NCBI RefSeq assembly: GCF_030144855.1
Contig: NC_082731.1
Coordinates: forward strand, 23,436,001-23,500,000
DNA: 64,000 bases
DNA from: Hypanus sabinus
Taxonomy: Eukaryota
Direction: 5' to 3'
Under the pieces are notes generated by a model. That model did no database searches. It was not told the origin of the DNA and was given only the letters and a program-made list of their open reading frames with translations. Shown in pieces: positions 36,430 to 49,221 of this stretch (position 1 is its first letter; every line of letters begins with the position of its first letter). The position numbers were made by a program, and so were the translations under genes.

Positions 36430-39400
36430 CTTTGTTGATGGATCGTTGTCGTTCTTACTTCTGCAGTTTAACGGGGGCACGACTGCGCAAGCGCGTGTAT
36501 GAGGGACGGTGAGGCAGAGGGAAAATTTAAAGGGGGCAGTTAGACAGACCGGGCGACGTTGTAGCGGTCGATATATTACAGGGAGACAGACTAGGACGGC
36601 GTTGTCTCGAAAGGCTTTGACGAGCAGAGGCTGAGGAGGAGGTTCTCTCTCAGTGAGGTAAGGTGGGAAAATTTCCTACAAAAGGAGAATGTTTCAAAAG
36701 TTGAGGCAACGTATTAGGTAGGTCATGTCTGCTGATATCGGCCCCGTGGTATGTTCATCCTTTAGTATGTGGGAAATCAATGGTACTTCCAGTGTTCTTG
36801 ACGAATATGTGTGCAGGAAGTGTGTCCAGCTGTAGCTTCTGTCAGACCGGAGTGAGCGGCTGGAGCTACGTTTTGGTTCATACTGGAGCATCCGAAATGC
36901 TGAGAAAGTAGTGAATAGCACGTAAAGTGAGTTGGTCACACCACAGGTAAAGTGTACACAGGTAGAAAGGGAATGGATGGCCACCAAACAGCGTACCAGT
37001 AGACAGGTGGTGCAGGAGTCCCCTGAGGTCATCTCCCTCCTAAAATGTTTTGGCTTCTGTTGGGGGAGATGTATCAACAGAGGAAGGCAACAGCTGCCGA
37101 GTTCATAGCACCATGAGTGGCTCTGCGGCACAAGAGGGAAGGTAAAGGATTGGGAGAGCTTTAGAGATAGGGGATTCGATTGTCAGGGGAACAGATAGGC
37201 TTTTTTGCGGCCATAAACGGGACTCCAGGATGGTATATTGCCTCCCTGCTGCAAGGTCAACGATGTATCTGATCGGCTGCTGGACATTCCGGAGTGGGAG
37301 GATGAGCAGCCAGTGGGCGTGGTGCACATACGTGCCGAAGATATAGATAAAATACAGGACGTGGTTCTACAAGGTTAATTTAGTGAGATAAGAGATAAAC
37401 TAAAAAGTAGGACCACAAAGGTAATAATCTCGGGATTACTATCAGTGACTCGTGCTGGTCAGAATAGAAATAGAAGGATATTTCAGATGATTATGCGCTT
37501 GAACATTGGTGCAAGGGGGAGTGATTCAGATTGCCGGGATATTGGAACCAGTTCTAGGGGAGGTGGTGCTTGTATAAGCAAGACGGTCTTCATCAGGGAT
37601 GAAGAGTAACCAATGTCCTAGGAGGAGCATTTACTTGTCCTGTTCAGGAGGATGTAAACTAATGTGGCAGGGGGAAGGGAACAAGTGCAGAGAGACAGAG
37701 CAGTTTAAAATGAAGGTAAGAGCAAAAAGAAGTAAGATGAAAAGTAAAACTGGCAGGCAAACAAATCCAGGGCAAAAATCAAAAACGGCGACTTTAGAAC
37801 TTATTTATCTAAAAGTGTTGTCAAAGCAAACCTGAAGGTTTTGTATGTCATTGCTGGGAACATTCGTAACAAGGTGGATGTATTGAATTTGCAGATAGCT
37901 ATTAATGGAAATGATATATTTGGGATCACAGAGACATGGCTCCAGGATGAACAAGTATGGGAGGTCATCATCCAGGGATATTCAATATTCAGGAGCGATA
38001 GACAGGAAAGAAAAGGAGTTGGGGTAGTGCTGCTGGTTAGAAAGGATATTAACGCAATAGAAAGGCAGAACATTAGCCTGGAGGAAGTGGAATCAATATG
38101 GGTAGAGCTACATAACTCTAAGGGGCAAAACACGCTAGAGGGAGTTATGTACAGGCCACGGAATAGTTGTAGTGAGTTTGGGAATGACATTAAACAGGAA
38201 ATTAGAAATTCCTGCAATAAAGGAACGGTAGTTATAATGGGTGACTTCAATCTGCATATAGATTGGGTGAACCAAATTGGTAAGAGTGCTAAGGAGCAAG
38301 ATTTCTTGGAATGTATACCGGTTGGTTTTATGAACCGACATGTCTAGGAACCAACTAGAGAGCAGGCCATTCTAGATTGGTTATTGAGCAAAGAGGAAGA
38401 GTTAGTTAGCAATCTTGTCGTGCGAGGACCCTTGGGTAAGAGTGAACATAATATAGTGGAATTCTTCATTACGATGGAAAGTGACATAATTAATTCAGAA
38501 ACAAAGGTTCTGAACTTAAAGCAGCGTAACATTGAAGGTATGAGACATGAATTAGCTGAGATAGACCGGCAAATGATATTTAAATGGTTGTCAGTGGACA
38601 TGCAATGTCAAGCATTTAAACATCGCGTGAATGAACTATAACAAATGTTCATCCAATGTTCGCAAAAGAATAAACCATGGAAGATAGTGCACCCGTGTGC
38701 ACACAAGGGAAGTTAGGGATAGTATCAATTACATGGAGGAAACATACAAATTAACCAGAAAAAGCGGCACTTCTGTGGACTGGGGAAATTCAGAGTACAG
38801 CAGGGAAGGACAATGGGCTTAATGATGAAAGGGGAAAAAAAAGCTTATGAGAGAAAGCTGGCAGGGAACATAAAAACTGATTGTCAAAGCTTTTATAGAT
38901 TAGTGAAAAGAGAAAAATAAAAGAGATTGGTTAAGACGAATGTAGATCCCTTACAGTCAGAAACAGGTGAATTGACCATGGAGGACAAGGACATGGCGGA
39001 CCAATTGAATAACCACTTTGGTTCTGCGTAGGAGAAAACAAATAATCTTACGGAAATAGGATGGACCAAGGGTCTAGTGAGATTGAGGAACTGAGGGAAA
39101 TACATGTTAGTAGGGCAGTGGTGTTAGGCAACTTTACGGGTTTAAAGGCAGTTAAATCCCCACGGCCTGATGGTCTGCGTCCCAGAGTGCTCAACCAAGA
39201 AACCCAAGAGAAAGTGGATGCAAAAGTGATAACTTTTCAAACCTCCTTAGATTCTGTATTAGTTCCTAAGGATTGGAGGGCGGCTAATGTAAACACGCTT
39301 ATTAAAAAAAAAAGGAGGGAGAGAGTAACCAGTGAATTATAGACTGGTTAGCCTGACATCGGTGGAGGGGAAAATGCTAGAGTCGGTTATCAAATATGTG

Positions 39401-40720
39401 ATAACAGCACATTTGGAAAGAGTTAAAATCATTGAACAAAGTCAGCATTGGTTTGTTGAAGGAAAATCATGTCAGACGAACAATATTTTTTTTTTTGAGG
39501 ATGCAACTCGTGGAGTGGGCAAAAAACAGTGAATATGGTATATTTGGATTTTCAAAAGTCTTCTCACAAGCTTCCACAAAGGAAATTAGTATGCAAACTT
39601 GAAGCACACGTTATTAGGGGTATGGCATTCATGTGGATAGAGATTTGGTTGGCAAACAGTAAGCAAAGTGTGGGAATAAACGGGACATTTTCAGATTGGC
39701 AGGTGGTGATTAGTGACGTACCGCAAGGCTCATGCAGGGTCCACAGTTGTTTACAATATAAATTAAAGATTTAGACAACGGAATTAAATGCAACATCTCC
39801 ATGTTTGCACATGACATGAAGCTGGGCTGCGGTGTTAGCTGTGAGTAAGATGCTAAGAGGATGCAGGGTGACTTGGATAGGTTAGCTGAGTGGCCTAATT
39901 CATGGCAGATGCAATCCAATGTCAATAAATGTTCAGTTATCCACTCTGGTTGGAAGAACTGCAAAACAGATTATTATCTGAATGGTGGCCGATTCGGAAA
40001 AGGGGAGGTACAATGAGACCTGGGTGTCACTGTACACCAGTCATTGAAAGTGGACATGCCGGTACAGCACGTGGTGAAAAAGGCAAATATTATGTTGGAA
40101 TTCATAGCAAGAGGATTCCAGTACAAGAGCAGGGAGGTTCCTGCAGTTGTACAGGGCCTTGGTGAGATCACAGCTGGAGTGTTGTGTGCAGTTTTGGTCT
40201 ACCTATCTGAGAAAAGACATTCGTGCCATAGCGAAAATACAAAGAAGGTTCACTTGATTGATTCCTGTGATGGTAGGACTTTCATATGAAGAACGCCTGG
40301 ATCGACTATGCTTATACTCGCTGGAATTTGGAAGATTGACCAGGTATCTTATTGAAACATATAACATTCTAAAGGGTTTGTACAGGTTAGATGCAGGAAG
40401 CTTGTTTCCGATGTTGGGGTAGTCCACAACAAGGGATCACAGGTTAAGGATAAAGGGGAAGTCTTTTATAACCAAGATGAGGAAAAACCTCTTCACTCAG
40501 AGAGTGGTGAATCTGTGAAATTCTCTACCGCAGGAAACAGTTCAGGCCAGTTAAGAGGGAGTCAGATATGGCCATTGTGGCTATAGGTATCGGGGGTATA
40601 GAGAGAAAGCAGGTGCAGGGTTCTGATTTGGATGGTCAGCTATGATCATGCTGAATGGCGGTGCAGGCTCGAAGGGTCGGATGGCTTATTCTTGCAACTA
40701 TTTTCCATGTTTCTATGTTC
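36430..40720 (+). mobile_element. Near full-length degenerate CR1 LINE (ORF1 plus ORF2 APE-RT)
   Basis: APE motifs (NIRNKVD, GITETWLQ, MGDFN), RT motifs (NYRLVSLTSVEGKMLE, VYLDFQK, VPQGS) and a 3' tail CATGTTTCTATGTT. Many stops and frameshifts. Confidence 0.9.
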
Positions 40721-42189
40721 CGGAACTGAATGATAAAGGTGATATTCGGGATTGGAGGGATGACAAGGTAGGGAGAGGGGGCAGTGGCTCTGCGTTTAAA
40801 GAACGGCAACAAATAAGGTAAAAAATGAAATAAAATTTAAATATATATCTTCCCTTCGGTTGAGATAATAAACCGCAGATGTAGAAGGTTGTAGTTGCAA
40901 TGTTAGTTGTGAAATCTTTTCCACATAAATGCAAACGGTACAATCCTTGATGTATTGCAGTTATTGGGAATATGTGGAAAAGACAACGGGAAAGTGTCGG
41001 TTGAGTTTATAATGGAGAGAGCGTAAAGCCTGTTTAAAAATTCTGTGCTGTTTTGGACTCGATGCTTCACTATTAGATTTACATTGTCACCTCTTTTTGA
41101 TTTTCTGTTTTATATGTTGGAAGCAGATTACTTCCGAAACGTTTTGAAAATACAAATAAACTTCAGAGACGTCCAGAGAACTTTTCAGAATTGTGGGTAT
41201 TACTAGTCAATTATATGATGATTAACCCATCCTAATAAAAAAAGTATTCCATGAGATAACGGTCTAATTGGCCATTGAGATTAAATTAAGTTTCCCAGTA
41301 TGGAAAAGATGGAATCAGAATGGAACGTGATTGTTTCTGGAGAAAATAAAACACACTAATTATTGCTGAGTTGTTGGAGATAGATTATAAGCCTGTTTAC
41401 TTACCATATGTCTTTATGAGCGAATGTTGTTTCAATTCCTTGAAATATGTACATAGTTGTTTGTTTCATGATACAGCACACATTAATCCATACCAGCTCC
41501 TCGTACGGAGCAGCCCCAGAATTCACTGACAACGCTGATTTATCCGGAAGCTAATCATCGGAAATCAATTTACAATAACTAATTACTCCACGGAGTAGTT
41601 TTTGAACTGTTAGATGATACAAGAACGCTGGTTGAAAACCCACGCATTCCGTGGGTAGGACGCACATTGTACTTACTATCAAACTGAATGGAACTCCGAA
41701 CTTTTAGTTCCTGAACTGTAATAGAGTCGAATTAACTGCTACGTTATTCTGCTGCCTAAAATATAACTCATTATTTTATTAATATATAAATATAAATAAT
41801 TATATGCATCTATTTAGAAAGGAATGCAGCAGAAATGTATATATATAAACTGAAGCTAAGTAGAAGAATGAAAAACGGTGGGTTATCTCGTATGAGTGGG
41901 AGGAATTACGGCATTTCCTTGCAACATCTAACGACGGACATTTGATTCGCTGCACTTCTCCTAGCTATCTAGATTACCTGTATTATATCAATCCATTGTA
42001 TTGGATTAGAAACCAATTGCCAAAATTGTGCTGTTCCATTTAATGAGATTCGTACTATCGGAAGAACCTGAAAGTGGCAGAAGAATCTCAATTACCATGG
42101 CCTGTGCATTAATAGTCTCAGGTGAAAACATCTTACATATCAGGAAGACAGATTCAGTCTCCCTGAGGTAGTTTACTGATAAGGGCACG

Positions 42190-42640
42190 GGTGTGGATCT
42201 GGATTAAAAAAAAAATCAGGTTGAGTGAACTCGGGCTTTTCTCCTTGGAGCGACGGAGGATGAGAGGTGAACTCATAGACGTGTACAAGATGATGAGAAA
42301 CATTGAACATGTGGATGGTCAGAGGTTTTGTCCCAGGGCTGAAATGGCTGTCATAAGAATGAACAGGTTTAATTTGCTTCGAAATAGGTAGAGAGGAGAT
42401 CTCAGGGGTACGTTTTGTACACAGAGATCAGTGAGTGCGAAATATGAGCTGCCAGCAACGGTGGTGGAGGCGGATACGATAGGACCTTTTAAGATTCTTT
42501 TGGATAGGTACATGGAGCTTAGAAACATAGAGGGCGATGTTTAATCTTAGTAATTCTAAGGTAGGGACATGTTCCGCACAACATTATGGGCCGAAGTACA
42601 TGTATTGTGTTGTAGGTTTTCTATGTTTCTACGTTTCTAG
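42190..42640 (+). mobile_element. CR1 3' fragment
   Basis: RLSELGLFSLERRRMRGELIDVYKMM with a CTATGTTTCTA tail. Only the last ~150 bp survive at the paralogous site (about 5790-5945). Confidence 0.85.
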
Positions 42641-43235
42641 AAAAGTAATATCAGCTGTAGTTCGTGATGCCGTATACTTCCAAAGCAATAGATTATGCAT
42701 TTATAGTTTGGGCTTTGTAACATTTCAATGTCCGTTACCATTCTGCCGCCGTTCACACAGCACAAACGGATTTGCAATGTTCTTTCATTCAAAATGGCTG
42801 GTAGTTTGTATGTAACACATGGCTAAACTGGAGAATGCATTGTAGACTGCAAACAATAATAGACAGAATGGCAGAGCACACCCGAAGGTCGAGTGGCGCA
42901 ATTGCTTTCCTATATCATATGTACTTCTGATGTACAATGAAAAATTACTGAAGGCAATGATGTCCTTTGGCTTCATTGAATATATTCTTGAGGGTGCGGT
43001 GTCATGCTTCAGTAGAAATGAGAGGAAACAGTAGATCCACCAGCTTCCATGGAAATGGTTGCTGGAACCAAGTTATTCCATCAGGATATGATAATCTCCT
43101 CCTGAACATTGTGAGTCTTGATTCTGGTACTTTTATTTTCCCTATCACTGGTTAACTAAAAATCCAACCGCATTGTGGGTTCTTGCCGTTGTCTCGGTTC
43201 TCGTCAGTGATTTATTAATATGTTACTACAAAATG

Positions 43236-43274
43236 TGTTTTTGTATTGTTCTGTCGCTGCATAATAGCACTGTG
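43236..43274 (-). promoter_or_regulatory. Second (distal) 23-RSS behind supporting V, cassette 2
   Basis: CACAGTG (43274-43268), 23 nt, ACAAAAACA (43244-43236). Confidence 0.88.
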
Positions 43275-43296
43275 TGTTTGCAACCAGAAACGCACT

Positions 43297-43335
43297 AGTT
43301 CTTGAACAGCGCTGCACATGCACGGCATCACAGTG
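43297..43335 (-). promoter_or_regulatory. Proximal 23-RSS of supporting V, cassette 2
   Basis: CACTGTG (43335-43329), 23 nt, TCAAGAACT (43305-43297). Confidence 0.85.
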
Positions 43336-43638
43336 CTGTAAACCGACTCATTGCACAGTAATACAAAGCAGCGTCACTCAGTTGCACTTTGGAGATAGTC
43401 AGTTCGCTGATTTTCTTAACAGGATCGACAAAACCAGTAATTCGTTCTCCGGCAATATTTTTCTTATCCTGTGCTCCAAAAGTTTTTCCTTGAAACAGGA
43501 ATATGGGGTCCTGTCCTGGAAGCAGCCGATACCAGTGTAAAGTGTTGCGACAATAGACGTCATATCGGCATGTTATATTAGCGGTGTCGGAAAGTGTTCT
43601 TCGTAGTTCTGGACTCTCAGATGTTAGGGAAATGGATT
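43336..43638 (-). CDS. TRDV: Leaderless supporting TCR-delta V exon of NAR-TCR, cassette 2
   Basis: Acceptor cctttacattcatgcag|AA. Open frame (E)SISLTSESPELRRTLSDTANITCRYDVYCRNTLHWYRLLPGQDP...DAALYYCAMSRFTA, same 303-nt length as copy 1. Confidence 0.9.
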
Positions 43639-44217
43639 CTGCATGAATGTAAAGGAGGATTATTGCTGATTTACCGCAAACTGTCAGAAAAAGAGTCTCA
43701 AATATGAAAAACAACTTTTTTTTTCACGCAAACCTGTTTCACTTAAAATGTGAGTAAAAATAAAATTATGCTCCTTGACAATTATTATAAGGAATTGATG
43801 CAGTGAAATTGATTCAGGGACTCATGATAAATTGCGGACATCCTGCTATTATCAAAACATATTTAATATTTTGGACGTCTATTTGGAAGAAAGAAAAGAT
43901 TTAATGAAACATTTGCACAGACCCTTCAATCGTCTAACGGGCCGAACTCGTTCTTTCGCAGTTCTGCGGTGTTTATTTTAAACGTCAGTTTAATACGGAA
44001 TTATGATGGGTTAGATGGTTTGTCCGAGTTGATAGGTGTTCCATCCAGAAATTTTTTTTTTAATTTTTCCTCCATATTTACAGTCACTTGCATTATAAGA
44101 TGCTGATGACAGTAAGGCGACTGAACGGTACAGACGGCTCATATAATATTCTAAGCAGCTGCAGGCAAACGTTTATTTTCAAGCGGATTTTAGTACGTGA
44201 TGATCTCAAGTTTTTAT

Positions 44218-44425
44218 NNNNNNNNNNNNNNNNNNNNNNNNNNNNNNNNNNNNNNNNNNNNNNNNNNNNNNNNNNNNNNNNNNNNNNNNNNNNNNNNNNN
44301 NNNNNNNNNNNNNNNNNNNNNNNNNNNNNNNNNNNNNNNNNNNNNNNNNNNNNNNNNNNNNNNNNNNNNNNNNNNNNNNNNNNNNNNNNNNNNNNNNNNN
44401 NNNNNNNNNNNNNNNNNNNNNNNNN
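44218..44425. other. Assembly gap in the J-to-supporting-V intron
   Basis: N run at the position paralogous to 7552-7834. Confidence 0.99.
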
Positions 44426-45199
44426 AGCGGGGTCTGCTATTCTCCGTACAAATTATGAATAAATTGAGGAACAGAAGTTTCATTATTTCTTACATCTCGG
44501 TGACTCATTTATATATACACACACATGTATTTCATTCCTGCTTGCGGTTTATGACTTAAACTGCCAACAGCATTTCCCACAATCTGAACGCGGTCGGTTG
44601 GATTCATTCTGCGAAGATCGCAACAACATTTCATCCTTACTCACAACAGTAATTTCCGTCTCCATCTCACTCTGTTAATTCAGTTTACCACCTTGTCTTT
44701 CAATACAGTAGGTGTAGATTCAGTCTTCAGAATCACACAACACAAGACAATCCATATAATTCCAGTCACCCTCTTTCAACAGCGAAGAGCCATGGATCGG
44801 CACAGCTCTTCAAAACCTACTGCAGTAGAAAATAAATGCATCTCTGTTATTCTGCCTATTAACCTGCCCCCTCTCAAACTGCTTCCTTTCGGGCAGGTGC
44901 ACCTGATTTTTCATTAATCGTTTTTATTACATTTTGGGTTTTGGGCGTTTCTGAGAGTGTCAAAATGTATGCTGGACAAGCAGAACTGATGCGAATATTT
45001 GAATATTTCTACAGCAATGGTTCATCCGTAAAAGGCACCCTGTGCTTACATCCTCTCTGACACACTTGGTAGAAACAAGGTTTAACATCAGAACCATTTA
45101 AAGTTTAGTGATTTAAAACTAATTGATCGTCTAACAAATGGTAGAGGAAACGGGGGGTGGGGGGGTATTGGAAGAATCTTCGATGTTGTGGATACATAC

Positions 45200-45257
45200 C
45201 GGGCCTGACCGTGACCGTTGTCCCTTTTCCATCTAGCGTATCAGTCCTCCATTCATA
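45200..45257 (-). CDS. NAR-TCR J segment, cassette 2
   Basis: YEWRTDTLDGKGTTVTVRP + G|GTATGT donor. Confidence 0.92.
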
Positions 45258-45296
45258 CACAATGATCCTGTTCTCAGTCTCCATTGTACAACAACT
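45258..45296 (+). promoter_or_regulatory. 23-RSS of J, cassette 2
   Basis: CACAATG, 23 nt, ACAACAACT. Confidence 0.9.
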
Positions 45297-45643
45297 GAAC
45301 TCAATTGAATCTGTTTAGCAAACGTTACAATATTCTTGCTAATGCTTCCAGGATTGTTGATGCAAAACATAGCATGCAGTATTCTCCATTTGCAGGCAGG
45401 CCAATATGTTCTTCGCGAGAAAGCAAGACCTCATTGAAACTAAAAAAAATACAGTATGCATACGATTCCAAGAAGAAAATAAAACAGCATAAGTGCCAGT
45501 CAAACATACATACGTAATATGGAAAGTATAAATAATCTGAACAGATTACTAGGGAAACAGCACTAGGTTTATATTTTTTGTATTGGATATGGATAAACTA
45601 TAGTTTAAAAATGAGTAGTTTAATTAAGTTTTATTTTTATCTT

Positions 45644-45715
45644 TTTTTTTGTTCGGATATCTTACACTGTGTTCATCCCAAACGTTACACAGTAATACAT
45701 GCGAATTTTAAATCT
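45644..45715 (-). other. NAR-TCR D segment (16 nt, 45672-45687) with 12/12 RSS, cassette 2
   Basis: D = TAACGTTTGGGATGAA. J-facing RSS: CACAGTG-12-ACAAAAAAA. V-facing RSS: CACAGTA-12-TTTAAATCT. Confidence 0.85.
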
Positions 45716-46041
45716 GTCGGCGACTCGATGAAAGAATCGAACAGGAATTAGATTTCCAGCAATGACGTTTTCATTTCCAAGTGTTCTGAAAAGATTCCTT
45801 ATGTAGTTGGCGACAAGGATGTATATTTCTTAATTATCTGTTGGTATTTATTGACACATATCTCAGTGTATGCAAAAACATCTGCGCACGCAGGAGGTGA
45901 GAACATAAAGACTGTACATGATTAGGAAAAAGAAACTGAAGGTGAGCTAGATTGTAGAGTAGGTTAATAGCAAGAAAGGAAAGTGAACCAAACCAGCAGA
46001 TCCATTCTGCTCTGTTAGACTCAGGAATAAGCTACAGCGGA

Positions 46042-46079
46042 ATTTTTTGCACAGCCCGAAGCTGAAAGCCATCATTGTG
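46042..46079 (-). promoter_or_regulatory. 22-bp-spacer RSS of NAR-TCR V, cassette 2
   Basis: CACAATG (46079-46073), 22 nt, GCAAAAAAT (46050-46042). Confidence 0.85.
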
Positions 46080-46373
46080 CTGCTCGCCATTTGTACACAG
46101 CTTGACAGTAATAGGTGCCGCTGTCTTCCATTCGCAGATCTCGAATCTCCAGCGAAAACTGCATTTCTGTTTTCTTAATCCAAGTCGCAAATCTGCCCCC
46201 GCGAGTGACTTCTTTCCGTTCGGCTGCTGAGTTGGTCCGACTGAAGAATTTTCCAGTGTGAAAGCGATATGCACCAGATGAACCAGGTTGGAAAGTGCAG
46301 GTGATGGTGGCAGTCTGACACTCATTCACATTTATAATGGGTGGATTATGATTCACCGCCTGACTCAATGAAC
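46080..46373 (-). CDS. NAR-TCR (IgNAR-like) V exon, cassette 2
   Basis: Acceptor ctttattcctag|GT. Open frame (R)SLSQAVNHNPPIINVNECQTATITCTFQPGSSGAYRFHTGKFFSR...EDSGTYYCQAVYKWRA, 294 nt as in copy 1. Confidence 0.92.
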
Positions 46374-46511
46374 CTAGGAATAAAGAGAAACGGAGAAAAG
46401 AGAGTTGTCGTAACCGACGAACCACAAAAAAATATATATAAGCGGTTTGAATATTAGAGAGAGCAAATAGATTTAAAATAAACGTCTTGTGGATGTCTGT
46501 AAGGTACTCAC

Positions 46512-46554
46512 GCCGTAAGCAGAGCCAGAGTGTGAAAAAATAGAAGATTCTCAT
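46512..46554 (-). CDS. Leader exon of NAR-TCR V, cassette 2
   Basis: MRIFYFFTLWLCLR + C|GTGAGT, with a 138-bp intron. Confidence 0.9.
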
Positions 46555-47289
46555 GGTCAACAAGATATATTGCAGAAGTGACGAGGAGATGGAGCTCACG
46601 CCCTGCAGAGTTATGGTAGATTGTACCTCAGAGTTGGACAGTGAACTTTTAACAACAAGTTTGTTGAGGGACAGCTTTTGCTTTTCAGTCTGTTTCGTGT
46701 CTTTGAACCGGGTGAGGTTGCCCCTCCCATGACTTTCTAACATTCGGCATGTGTGACGTAGGCTGCCTATCAATGGATGAGTCTGACTCGTCTGCCTTGA
46801 ACCCGACGCTTTTTTTTAAAAAAAAATGTTATTTGTTATCTATTGATGTAGAGAATTTTGCCCGGGCTTTCCTGATATTTTCAGTTCTTATACATGCAAA
46901 TCTGTGATCCTGAAGGCAGGCACGCGGGACGAGCTGATAAAATCACCATCAGCCTAGCATGGCACATTAAGCCTTGCATGCACTAGTCCTTCGTGGTTAC
47001 TTTACTTCTACAGAATGTGTGGTTGGGAAAAAAAATCTGCTGCCAAAAAAAAAAAAAATGCCTGCGCTTGAAAAAGGCTTAAAACAGGCAACCGTACATT
47101 TTTTCACATTCGATATCAATCTTGCCGTTTGTGTCCAGGGGTCTGGACAAACTGGGTCTCTGTTTTAGATAAAATGAAGTTGATATCTTCTGTGAAAATG
47201 GTCAGCGCCAGAGACCACGGCTTTGCAGTAAGTTGAGTGGAAGACACTTTTACTGAGATGTCGAGGGTTATATTGTATTATTATTGTCA

Positions 47290-47347
47290 TGGAGATGATG
47301 ATGATAATGATTATGATGTATTATGATGTATTATTATTATTATTATT

Positions 47348-47386
<39 letters not shown>

Positions 47387-47425
47387 GTCATCATCATCAT
47401 TATCAGTAGTAGTAGTAGTTGTACT
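47290..47425. repeat. Compound trinucleotide microsatellite (GAT/TAT/CAT/TAG), paralogue of 10828-10988
   Basis: Directly visible. Confidence 0.95.
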
Positions 47426-49221
47426 ACTATTCGTGGAGAATTCTAATGCAAGCCTCCTGTAAAATTCTAGACTTCGCAGCAAATGTAGTAGGCAGGGGCA
47501 GATAAATTGACATTAAATTAATTGCTGCAAAGTCAATAGAGAAGAAATGGAGGACAAATGTATCTGCCGGGTGTGGTGAAACGTTTGATGGATCCTGAAG
47601 TAATTTATATCCTTCTGCACGGCACGGTGTTCAGCTAGCTCTATGTTATGCTGTACTGTAATATTATCTCTGTTCTACCTGAAGTAAACTGAAATTAAAA
47701 AAAGACACAAGGAATCAAAGAGAAGCTCGACGCATACACAAGGCAAATTAAAGAACTGAAATAGAATGTAAGGCACTACTCTGCAGAGCTACAATAACAA
47801 AGCAAAATATTTATTACGTAATGGTGATACTGGAGCAATATCATGGTTAAGGAAAAAGTGGAAATGCAAAGTGCCACAGTCGGAAAGAGAGGCTAAAGTT
47901 CTTTATTGTTTCTATAGTCTTGTACGTGGGTTTGTCTAGATATTCTGATTAGCTTGTGGTTCGGTGAGATGACACGGAAAATATCCAGAACAGCTTTATT
48001 TTCCTTGCACCTCTGCAGTTAACGATTTGTCTTTAGTAATCTTGAGTATTAAATAACTAGCTGTATAAATTCTTAGCAAATAAATAGACTAATAAATAAA
48101 TAATTTAATAATGCACTTATTTTCTCAACGGTGAATGACTGAAATAATAAACAAATACATACGTAAATAAATTCAAAACTATGTTAATGAAATATGGGCA
48201 GACAATGCAATGAACAATAATGTATGCCAACCGTTGGAGATTGAAATTCATGAAATAAGTGCTTCAATTGCGGCCAGTCGGAGATCCTAAGCGAGTCAGG
48301 ACATAGCTCAGTCAAGTTTGCCCATTGAGTAAATTCGACATCAACTCGCGTGTAATTCATCTTTTATCCAGAGCTTAGCGGAGATACAAAGCGTGAAAAG
48401 ACATAGCTCTGACAGTTTCGCCGACTGCGAAAATAAGGCAACTGCTCGCAGCGATTTGGTGTTTTAAACTGCTGCCAATTGGAGATTGCAATTATGATAA
48501 GTCAGTGCTAACTCAGGAACGCCGATTCCAATGCAATTTTCGGCATCTTCCTGTTTTGAAAAGCGATATGGATTGATTGACAAGAACAATTTCGACAAAA
48601 GTTGGGGTACGCGGTGCGGCCGTCGGTGGAGTTGACAGTGATACAAAGGGAACTTGAGGCATTGTTTCTTCGATGTTTCAGCGAGATTAGGCGTAATTAC
48701 AATAATGCGAAATGTAGTAGCAAGTATTTTTTCCCCGTAGTTTCTTTATTGTTCATTTTTCATTCTTTATTTTTGTTCAGCATGAACTATGAGTACGCCA
48801 GGCAGAATACTTGAACGTCATACACAGAAAAGTTGCAGTATTAACTTAACAGGCCCCGCAACACGTATAGGAAGCAGTAAGCATTCGGCGTTCCTGGCCG
48901 GTATCATTACCAGGACTTCATTAAATGCATGTTATTGGAATACTCGGGGTTTTTTTCAGTATGGCTGACGACTACTCATGGACAAAATGCAGACAAATTC
49001 AATTTCTTACACTTCGTTTTAAGGAGCTGAAGCTCGAAATCGATGAACGCTGGATTTTTCTAAAAGCTGAGGGGTTGAAAGTTTGGGCATAATGATGGTT
49101 GGTAAAACAAATTTAAAGGAGGCAGGTTAAGTGGCTGACAAGAAAGAAAAAGGATTTAAACAACCAGTTCAAAGTGTCCTGCGGAAATCTCCCTCAACAA
49201 CAGATATTTTAATTGCGATAA

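Noticed and set aside
46072-46773. 233-aa ORF as a single protein
   Set aside because: It is a read-through of upstream sequence, leader, intron and V exon. The real structure is spliced (46554-46512, 46373-46080).
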